Positions 1 through 6,883 of a DNA stretch of 12,030 bases are shown here, piece after piece; the stretch's first letter is position 1; the number at the start of each line of letters is the position of its first letter. The position numbers and the translations under genes were made by a program. The notes below the pieces were generated by a model that saw only the letters and a list, made by a program, of their open reading frames with translations, had not been told where the DNA came from and did not search any database. The DNA is from Deinococcaceae bacterium (GTDB lineage Bacteria; Deinococcota; Deinococci; Deinococcales; Trueperaceae). Location: NCBI GenBank assembly GCA_040256005.1, contig JBDZWC010000094.1:1-12030 (forward strand), in the 5' to 3' direction.

Positions 1-612
1 GTGGGGCCCGAGGAGGCGGGGCGCTTCCACTCGCACATGCTCTTCGAGATGGCACACATGGCCACCGAGGACGGCCTGGTCATGCAGCTGCACCTCGGCA
101 GCCTGCGCAACCACCACCAGCGCGTGATGGAGCGCTTCGGTCCCGACATGGGCGCAGACGTCCCCGTGGCGGTCGACCTCACCCGCGGTCTGCAGCCGCT
201 GCTCAACGCCTTCGGGCACGACCAGCGGTTCCGCCTCGTCGTGTACACGCTCGACGAGTCCACCTACGGCAGGGAGCTCGCCCCGCTCGCCGGCCACTAC
301 CCCGCGCTGCGCTTGGGCGGGCCCTGGTGGTTCCACGACTCCGTGCACGGCATCGAGAGATACCTGGCTGCCACGGCCGAGACCGCCGGCTTCCACAAGC
401 TGGCCGGCTTCGTGGACGACGCGCGCTCGCTGCCCACGCTGCGTGCGCGTCACGACGTGTGGCGGCGCGTGACCTGTGACTGGCTGGCTCGGCTCGAGCT
501 GCGCGGCTTGCTGGACGCGGAGTCCGCGCCACGGCTCGCCAACTGGCTGGCCTACGGGGCCGCGAAGGACGCCTTCCGCGTCCCCAGCCGCGCGGCGGCC
601 GCCGCTGGGTGA
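1..612 (+). CDS. uxaC: Glucuronate (uronate) isomerase, C-terminal part; gene begins upstream of the window
   Basis: Translation has the UxaC signatures MQLHLGSLRNH, YTLDESTYGRELAPLAGHYP, GGPWWFHDS and GFVDDAR...ARHDVWRR. The frame is open from base 1 and the N-terminal half of the family is absent, so the GTG at 1 is not the true start. Stop TGA at 610-612. Confidence 0.93.
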   Translation: MGPEEAGRFHSHMLFEMAHMATEDGLVMQLHLGSLRNHHQRVMERFGPDMGADVPVAVDLTRGLQPLLNAFGHDQRFRLVVYTLDESTYGRELAPLAGHYPALRLGGPWWFHDSVHGIERYLAATAETAGFHKLAGFVDDARSLPTLRARHDVWRRVTCDWLARLELRGLLDAESAPRLANWLAYGAAKDAFRVPSRAAAAAG

Positions 613-641
613 GCCGGTAGACCCCTGCGGCCCGGGGCTCG

Positions 642-1766
642 CTAGGCCCCCGCCGCCTCCAGCGCACGCGCCAGTTCCTCGACGACCCTCTCCTGCACCT
701 CACGGCCCATCTCCGGCCAGATGGGCAGGCTCAGCACCTCGGCCGCGAGCCGCTCCGTCACCGGCAGGGCCGGGTGCTTGCCGGCGTAGACGGGTAGGAG
801 GTGCTGGGGGACCGGGTAGTAGACCATCGTCGCCACGCCGGCCCCAGCCATGAGCGACTGAACCCTGTCGCGGTCCGCTCCCGGCAGCCTGAGCGTGTAC
901 TGGTGGAACACGTGGCCGGCGCTCACCTCGGGTGCGACCACGCCCGGCACGCCTCGCAGCAGCTCCCCGTAGTACTCGGCCACCTGGCGCCGACGGCTGT
1001 TCCACTCCTCGATCAGGGGCAGCTTCACGCGCAGGATCGCCGCCTGCAACGCATCCAGCCGGCTGTTGTACCCCAGGACCTCGTTGCGGTAGCGCTCCTC
1101 CGAGCCGTGGTTCCGCAGCCTCCGCGCTGTCCGGGCGATCTCCTGCGAGCTGGTCACGAGCAGGCCGCCGTCGCCGTAGGCCCCCAGGTTCTTGCTCGGG
1201 AAGAAGGAGAAGGCGCCCACGGCACCGAGCGTCCCGGTCTGCCGGCCCTGCCAGGTGGCGCCGAACGACTGGGCGCAGTCCTCGACCAGGTGCAGGTCGA
1301 GCTCCTCGGTGAGCTCGAGGAGCGGTGTCATGCTCGCCGGCCGACCGTAGAGGTGGACGGGCATGACGGCCTTGGTCCTCGCCGTCACGGCCGCTGGGGC
1401 CAACCTTGGGTCCAGGTTGAAGCTCTCTTCCTCGACGTCGACGAACACGGGTGTGGCGCCTACCGAGGAGATGGACTCGGCGGTCGCGAAGAAGCTGAAC
1501 GAGGTCGTGATGACCTGGTCGCCGGGGCCGATGCCCAGCGCGCGCAGGGCTATGACGAGGGCGTCGGTGCCCGAGTTGAGACCCACCGCGTGCGGCACGC
1601 CGAGGTACTCCGCCACCTCCGCCTCGAACGCCTCGACCTCCGGCCCTCCGATGAAGCGGCCCGAGCGCAGGACGCGCTCTGTGGCGGCGGAGAGCTCCGG
1701 CCAGAGGGACTGCACCTGCGCGGTGAGGTCGAGCATGGGGACGGGTTCGCGGTCGCCCTTGGTCAC
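642..1766 (-). CDS. DegT/DnrJ/EryC1/StrS family PLP-dependent nucleotide-sugar aminotransferase (WbpE/WlbC-like)
   Basis: Motifs GPEVEAFE, NSGTDAL, GPGDQVIT, PVHLYG, EDCAQSFGA, FSFFPSKNLGAYGDGG (PLP-binding Lys), GYNSRLDALQAAIL and LSLPIWP. GTG start at 1766; alternative ATG at 1736. Confidence 0.95.
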   Translation of the reverse strand: MTKGDREPVPMLDLTAQVQSLWPELSAATERVLRSGRFIGGPEVEAFEAEVAEYLGVPHAVGLNSGTDALVIALRALGIGPGDQVITTSFSFFATAESISSVGATPVFVDVEEESFNLDPRLAPAAVTARTKAVMPVHLYGRPASMTPLLELTEELDLHLVEDCAQSFGATWQGRQTGTLGAVGAFSFFPSKNLGAYGDGGLLVTSSQEIARTARRLRNHGSEERYRNEVLGYNSRLDALQAAILRVKLPLIEEWNSRRRQVAEYYGELLRGVPGVVAPEVSAGHVFHQYTLRLPGADRDRVQSLMAGAGVATMVYYPVPQHLLPVYAGKHPALPVTERLAAEVLSLPIWPEMGREVQERVVEELARALEAAGA

Positions 1767-1892
1767 GCTGCCATGTTCGCCCGTCCGGCGTGCTTCGGCA
1801 AAGCTTTACCCTGAGGGGAGAAGAAGCCCCAGGCGGAGGGCGAGCGGCCACGCACGAGGGGCCCGGTCACCACCCCGCCGGTAGACGACCCG

Positions 1893-1898
1893 AGGAGG
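1893..1898 (+). promoter_or_regulatory. Shine-Dalgarno sequence of gabD
   Basis: AGGAGG 6 nt upstream of the ATG at 1905. Confidence 0.85.
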
Positions 1899-1904
1899 CC
1901 AACC

Positions 1905-3335
1905 ATGAGCACCACGCTTGACATCGCGACCCGGTACCAGGGCGCGGCCACGGGCAGCGGCGCCACGTACGACGTGAAGAGCCCAGCGACCGGGGAGGTC
2001 GTGGCGAGCGTCGCCGATAGCGGAGCCGCCGAGGCGCAGCGCGCCGCCGACGCCGCCAGCCGCGCGTTCGAGACGTGGCGCAGGACGACGGCGTTCGAGC
2101 GTTCGGCCGTGCTGGAGCGCTGGGCCGACCTGCTGATGGAGAACCAGGAGGACCTGGCCCGCGCCATGACGCTCGAGATGGGCAAGCCCATCAGGGAGTC
2201 GCGCGGCGAGGTGGCCTACGGCGCGGGCTTCGTCAAGTGGTACGCCGAGGAGGCCAAGCGGATCGCCGGCGAGACTGTCGCGAGCCAGTTCGAGCACAAG
2301 CGGCTCTTCGCGATCAAGCAGCCGGTTGGACCGGTGTACGCCGTGACGCCCTGGAACTTCCCGCTAGCCATGGTCACGCGCAAGGCCGCACCCGCCCTGG
2401 CTGCCGGCTGCACGTTCGTGCTCAAGCCTGCCGAGCAGAGCCCGCTGACCGCCCTCCTATCGGCCGAGCTGTGGACCGAAGCCGGCGGCCCGGAAGGCAC
2501 GCTGCAGGTGATCACCACCAGCGACCCGGTGCCTGTTTCCAAGGTGCTGATGGCCGACCCGCGTATCGCGAAGATCACGTTCACCGGCTCTACCGAGGTG
2601 GGGCGCATCCTCTACCGGCAGGCCGCGGATACCGTGAAGCGCATCTCGCTGGAGCTGGGCGGGCACGCTCCGCTCATCGTCTTCGACGACGCGGACCTGG
2701 ACGTGGCTGTCAAGCAGGCCGTCGCGTGCAAGTACCGCAACGCGGGTCAGACCTGCGTCTGCACGAACCGAATCTACGTTCAGTCCGGAGTTGCGGACGA
2801 GTTCACGCGCCGCTTCTCCGAGGCGAGCAGCGCGTTGGTCGTCGGCGACCCTTTGGACGACACTACGGACATCGGGCCGCTCGTCGACGAGCAAGGTCTC
2901 GCGAAGGTCAAGGCGCATATGGAGGACGCTTTAGCCAAGGGAGCGCGCGTCGTGACTGGCGGCGGGGCCCTGGACGGGCTGTACTTCCAGCCGACGGTCC
3001 TATCGGGCGTCACGGACGACATGCTGATGATGCAGGAGGAAACTTTCGGGCCGGTCGCGCCCGTCATCTCCTTCGACGATGAAGCCGACGCCGTTCGTAT
3101 GGCGAACGACTCTCCGTACGGCCTCGCCGCCTACCTGTTCACGAACGATCTCTCACGTGCCTGGCGGGTGGCCGAGGAGCTGGACTACGGCATCGTGGGC
3201 GTCAACGACGGGGTGCCAAGCACGCCACAGGCGCCGTTCGGTGGGGTCAAACAGTCGGGCATCGGGCGAGAAGGTGGGCACTGGGGGTTGGAGGAGTACC
3301 TCGAGGTCAAGTACGTGTCTATGGGGTTGCGGTAA
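1905..3335 (+). CDS. gabD: NAD(P)-dependent succinate-semialdehyde dehydrogenase (aldehyde dehydrogenase family)
   Basis: Motifs TLEMGKP, WYAEEAKR, TPWNFP, LKPAEQSP, FTGSTEVG, LELGGHAP (catalytic Glu), RNAGQTCVCTNR (catalytic Cys), EETFGP and PFGGVKQSGIGREG. Strong RBS; 476 aa. Confidence 0.92.
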   Translation: MSTTLDIATRYQGAATGSGATYDVKSPATGEVVASVADSGAAEAQRAADAASRAFETWRRTTAFERSAVLERWADLLMENQEDLARAMTLEMGKPIRESRGEVAYGAGFVKWYAEEAKRIAGETVASQFEHKRLFAIKQPVGPVYAVTPWNFPLAMVTRKAAPALAAGCTFVLKPAEQSPLTALLSAELWTEAGGPEGTLQVITTSDPVPVSKVLMADPRIAKITFTGSTEVGRILYRQAADTVKRISLELGGHAPLIVFDDADLDVAVKQAVACKYRNAGQTCVCTNRIYVQSGVADEFTRRFSEASSALVVGDPLDDTTDIGPLVDEQGLAKVKAHMEDALAKGARVVTGGGALDGLYFQPTVLSGVTDDMLMMQEETFGPVAPVISFDDEADAVRMANDSPYGLAAYLFTNDLSRAWRVAEELDYGIVGVNDGVPSTPQAPFGGVKQSGIGREGGHWGLEEYLEVKYVSMGLR

Positions 3336-3455
3336 GGACCCGCCAGACAGCTGCAGGGCAGCTTCCAACCGGGCTTGCGCTCCAGGTCTCGAGCACCTTC
3401 TCTGTGTCGATATCGAGATGGACGAGCCTCTGAAGGAGTAACGTTCTTAGCAGAC

Positions 3456-4334
3456 ATGAGCCCAGAGCGCAGTGGCTTGGATGGCGGTCGAAGGAGCCTT
3501 TCTGGTGCTGCCACGGACGTCCTTCGCGAAGCCGGCCGGAGACTATACCTCTGGGTAGCGACTAATGCTGACCGCACAGGTCTAGGGCATTCGGTGGGCC
3601 GCCGGACGCGAGACGCAGGCCGATACTGGTCCGCACCGAGATCCGAGAAGTGGCAGAACGACTCGCACTGGCGCGGGGCAGGGGCATTCGAAACGGACGA
3701 CGACTGGCTTGCCATCGGCCGCGAGCACGTCGTTATGGCTAGGCGGCTAGCCCCGCAGGTGTTCGCGGTCGACCGCAAGCCGCGCGTCGTGGAGTGGGGC
3801 GTGGGTGGCGGAGCCAACGCTGTAGCGTTCGCGCCGCTAGCGAGTGAGTTCATCGCGGTCGACATCGTCCAAGCGAGCTTGGACGAGGCCCGCCGCCAAG
3901 TAAGTGCAGCCTGTTCGACTCCGTTCAGGTCATGCCTCGTCGACATCAACGATCCCGAGTCCGTCATGACCACAGTCCAGGGCCGGTTCGATCTGTTCCT
4001 GTGCTTCTACGTCTTCGAACTACTGCCTTCCGAGGACTACGGTTTGCGGCTGCTCAAGATCGCGTTCGATCTGCTAGAACCCGGTGGGGTCGCCCTTGTA
4101 CAGATCAAGTACGCGACGAAGGACCCGTTGACGAGGTCGCGAGGCCTCGACTACCGCCGCAACCTAGCCAGCATGACCACTTACCCGATCGACGAGTTTT
4201 GGCTTCACGCCGTGCGCATCGGCTTCAGTCCCCTGGCGATCGCTTTGGTGCCCGAGAACCGGCTCGATCGACGCTATGCGTACTTCGCCCTCGAAAGGCC
4301 ACGCGACTTCGAGCGGGACGCTCGCGGAGAGTGA
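3456..4334 (+). CDS. Class I SAM-dependent methyltransferase
   Basis: SAM-binding motif I VVEWGVGGGAN, acidic end of strand 2 (IAVDI), FDLFLCFYVFELLP and LLEPGGVALVQI. The ATG at 3456 (MSPERS) is preferred over the TTG at 3375; the start is uncertain. Confidence 0.82.
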   Translation: MSPERSGLDGGRRSLSGAATDVLREAGRRLYLWVATNADRTGLGHSVGRRTRDAGRYWSAPRSEKWQNDSHWRGAGAFETDDDWLAIGREHVVMARRLAPQVFAVDRKPRVVEWGVGGGANAVAFAPLASEFIAVDIVQASLDEARRQVSAACSTPFRSCLVDINDPESVMTTVQGRFDLFLCFYVFELLPSEDYGLRLLKIAFDLLEPGGVALVQIKYATKDPLTRSRGLDYRRNLASMTTYPIDEFWLHAVRIGFSPLAIALVPENRLDRRYAYFALERPRDFERDARGE

Positions 4335-4336
4335 TT

Positions 4337-5266
4337 CTACGCTCGCAGTAGAACCGCGATCTGCTCGCGGATGGCTATCTCGACAGTGCGGTAGGCCTGC
4401 TTGGGCGCATCCGTCCACTCTGCTGCCGCCAAGATCTCTTCGTCGGTACCCATCTCACGGAGCTTACTGACGACTCTCCGGGCCGTGCCGGCGATGCTTC
4501 CACCTCGCCAACCGGTATCGGCACACAGGTAGTGAAGCGGGTCCGCTAGGCGGGGGCCGAACCTTGCGTTGTCCCAATCGATTAGCCACACGCGACCATC
4601 AGCGCCCACCCTCAAGTTCCTTGGTGTGAAGTCTGAATGGCAAACCACGGCGTTGGTCAATGTGGGCGGCGCCACGAGCAGATCCGAGGTGCGCTCTTGG
4701 AACTCTCTGATAACAGTCAGCCAACGCCGGTCGTGAGGGGGCAGCGGCCAATGAGCTCCTTCGATTGCTTCGCTGAACCGGAAATTGACCGATCGGAACG
4801 CGTCGGAGACGAAGACCCTAGGCGCCTGCCACCCTGCGCTTGGGCCCTCTAGCCGCTGATCGATCCCATGCACCAGATCGGTTACCGGTCGCGGTGTCTG
4901 TTTTACGAACCCGGCCGACCTGAAGCTGTCACTCATCACTAGCGCGGCGGTACGGCCGTTCGGAGGCAGCCGGAACGCGACGGCCGTTACCTTGCCGATG
5001 ATGGGTGCCACGACCTCCTGTAGTAGACCCTTCCACCAATCTAGGTTGATGCCGGCCTGGCGCTGCAGAGAAGATGGCAGCGCGCTCGCCAAACCGATCT
5101 GGAAGGCCGCCCGACTGACGGCTAACGCGAGGCGTTGCCGCGGCAAGACAGCTTCGTACAGGGCCAAGCTCGAGACTGCCGCTCTCCTCGGGGCCCGGGG
5201 TACCAGTAGAAATCCGCTGTTCGGAGGAAACGCACCGTGTGATCGGTTTAGGTCGCTGAGAGCCAT
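4337..5266 (-). CDS. Aminoglycoside-phosphotransferase/choline-kinase-like (APH family) phosphotransferase
   Basis: Catalytic-loop (Brenner-type) motif CHSDFTPRN, metal-binding motif WLIDWD followed by ARFGPRLADPLHY, and a candidate ATP-binding Lys in GFVKQ. Confidence 0.78.
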   Translation of the reverse strand: MALSDLNRSHGAFPPNSGFLLVPRAPRRAAVSSLALYEAVLPRQRLALAVSRAAFQIGLASALPSSLQRQAGINLDWWKGLLQEVVAPIIGKVTAVAFRLPPNGRTAALVMSDSFRSAGFVKQTPRPVTDLVHGIDQRLEGPSAGWQAPRVFVSDAFRSVNFRFSEAIEGAHWPLPPHDRRWLTVIREFQERTSDLLVAPPTLTNAVVCHSDFTPRNLRVGADGRVWLIDWDNARFGPRLADPLHYLCADTGWRGGSIAGTARRVVSKLREMGTDEEILAAAEWTDAPKQAYRTVEIAIREQIAVLLRA

Positions 5267-5343
5267 CGTTAGTCTCGAGCCGTCCTAAACTGGACCGCTC
5301 GTGGTGCGCCGCTCGTCTCAGCAGAGTAGGCCAACGCTGCCAC

Positions 5344-6702
5344 CTATTCTGATCCTGGGGACAGCCAAGCAACGGCGGCATCGAATAGAGCAACGCCATC
5401 GCGAGTCAGGTGCCGATAAGTGTCGTCGTAGAGACCGAAGTAGATACGTCGACCTGCCGCGTCCGTGCCGTCCGCGAGGGTGGCTCCGGCGGGGTAGGCG
5501 TACATCGCGTAGCGGCCGTCGCTCCCATCGCTTCCGTAACGGGCTATGGGAATCGCACCAGGACCAAGCTCTCCAGCTGGGGCGTAAGTGATCTCACCCG
5601 CGATCATGAGTACCTGTAGCGGCCCCTCGTGTCCTGCCCGGAGTTCGTCTGCACTGTCTGCGGCGTCGAAGAAGAAATGCGTGCCCGTAGCGTGCCAAGT
5701 CGTGCCAGCCTCCCCCGAGTTATCGATGGTCGCCATCATCGACAGCATCTGTTGGTTGTCCTCCCAGAACAGGACACCTGCAGCCATTGGCTTTAGCGCT
5801 GCCCCCACGACGTCCGATTGAACTGTCTTACTCATGACTATGAGGTCGAACCGTTCTGGGACGACGGTCCCAACCTGGCTATCCACCAAGACCGTCACCT
5901 CGTAGCCGAGTGCTCTCAGTCTGGAGCGCACCGCCCACTCGGACGCGTTGAGAATGCTCTGTTCTTCCCCAACAAGCAGGAGCGCGTTGGAGTGGAACCA
6001 GGGCTCTGCTCCGAGCAACCAGATCACCGACGCATCGAAGATATCCCAAGCCGGGCCCACGAACTCCTCGTATGCGCCGACCCTGGCTCCAAACCCGACC
6101 CGGCGAGCGGGGGCCGTCCCGATCGTGAGCTGGGCGCCCTGCTCGAACGTGAAGACGATCACTTGGTCTTCGGCATCGCCGGCGGCCGCCACGGGAAGAC
6201 CGCCTGCTGCGAGGCCGGTGACGTAACGCAACGACTGCCCTGAGTCGAACGCGGTATGTGTACCTCGCGGCCATCCGCCAGAGACCGGCGAGGAGGCGTC
6301 GAGCACAGTGATATCGGTGAGGGGCGCGGTGTCCCCGCTTTCACCCGAAAGCAACATGTCGTCCCACAGGTTGTCGTGCATCACAAGCACGGGGATGGCC
6401 TCGTCCTGGAAACGGGGTCCGATCACGTGAGACGACGAAGACTGGGACACGATGATCAGGTCGGTATCTGCTACGTCCGGTAACGAGTCGTCCGACGTAA
6501 CTATCACCTCGAGGTTCATCCCGGTTCGGAGATGGTCTACGAGCCTCAAGTCTCCACCGCCCAAGTCCAAGCTGTCACCCACGACGAACAGCACTCGAGC
6601 CCCGCTCCACGGGTCAGGTCTTTGCGGGCCGTCGGGTGTGTTCGCAGCGCAGGCTGCGAGTAGGGCGAACGAGCCCAGTATCGTTCGTGCCAGACGCTTC
6701 AC
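5344..6702 (-). CDS. Predicted lipoprotein (452 aa) with two tandem copies of an uncharacterised ~200-aa alpha/beta domain
   Basis: Starting at the GTG at 6702 gives a basic N-terminus, hydrophobic core and lipobox (MKRLARTILGSFALLAA-C18; Cys codon 6651-6649), then a Pro-rich linker. Internal duplication is visible by eye. The 53-codon extension to 6861 is probably not translated. Confidence 0.75.
   Translation of the reverse strand: MKRLARTILGSFALLAACAANTPDGPQRPDPWSGARVLFVVGDSLDLGGGDLRLVDHLRTGMNLEVIVTSDDSLPDVADTDLIIVSQSSSSHVIGPRFQDEAIPVLVMHDNLWDDMLLSGESGDTAPLTDITVLDASSPVSGGWPRGTHTAFDSGQSLRYVTGLAAGGLPVAAAGDAEDQVIVFTFEQGAQLTIGTAPARRVGFGARVGAYEEFVGPAWDIFDASVIWLLGAEPWFHSNALLLVGEEQSILNASEWAVRSRLRALGYEVTVLVDSQVGTVVPERFDLIVMSKTVQSDVVGAALKPMAAGVLFWEDNQQMLSMMATIDNSGEAGTTWHATGTHFFFDAADSADELRAGHEGPLQVLMIAGEITYAPAGELGPGAIPIARYGSDGSDGRYAMYAYPAGATLADGTDAAGRRIYFGLYDDTYRHLTRDGVALFDAAVAWLSPGSE
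5362..6600 (-). repeat. Protein-level tandem domain duplication (copy 1 ~6600-6010, copy 2 ~5988-5362)
   Basis: Paired motifs in the same order: VLFVVG/ALLLVG, LEVIV/YEVTV, DLIIVSQS/DLIVMSKT, PVLVMHDN/GVLFWEDN, FTFEQGAQL/YAYPAGATL, ARRVGFG/GRRIYFG and IFDASVIWL/LFDAAVAWL. Confidence 0.8.
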
Positions 6703-6757
6703 GAGTCTGGTTGGCCCCTGGCTCTGCGCGTTGGGGTCGCATCTGTGAGCGCCTCGT

Positions 6758-6785
6758 TCGACAGCTCCCGGGCCGCTGCTACCAT
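6758..6785 (+). promoter_or_regulatory. Candidate sigma70-type promoter for the flippase gene
   Basis: -35 TCGACA (6758-6763, 5/6 match to TTGACA), 16-nt spacer, extended -10 TGcTACCAT (TG at 6777-6778, TACCAT at 6780-6785). It lies ~100 nt upstream of the ATG at 6884. Confidence 0.5.
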
Positions 6786-6883
6786 CGAATGCAGTGAGCC
6801 TCCAGTTCGCATATAGGCCACAATGGTCGCACAATCGGCCCTCGCGAAGTACCAATGTCACAGGACAGGTGGGCCGTTAGCCG

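Noticed and set aside
611..641. Possible bidirectional terminator between uxaC and DegT
   Set aside because: Only weak GC pairing (GAGCC/GGCTC) and no U-tract on either strand.
203..3082. Long alternative-frame and antisense ORFs (203-703, 700-1851, 801-1814, 1363-1884, 2075-3082 and others)
   Set aside because: They overlap well-supported genes, are mostly Arg/Pro/Gly/Ala-rich and carry no motifs; typical shadow ORFs of high-GC DNA.
3349..3416. Small hairpin AGCTGC-AGG-GCAGCT (3349-3363) and palindrome TCGATATCGA (3407-3416) after gabD
   Set aside because: The stem is short with no U-tract, and a lone 10-bp palindrome is expected by chance; not enough to call a terminator or operator.
3375..3455. 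TTG-started extension of the methyltransferase
   Set aside because: Low-complexity and without an RBS; the in-frame ATG at 3456 is more plausible.
3185..3973. 262-aa antisense ORF spanning the gabD/methyltransferase junction
   Set aside because: Antisense to two supported genes, Ser/Arg/Pro-rich and with no recognisable motif.
6703..6861. 53-aa N-terminal extension of the 505-aa ORF, containing a CDHC motif
   Set aside because: A single CxxC with no partner pair. It would bury a clean lipoprotein signal peptide and occupy the divergent promoter region.
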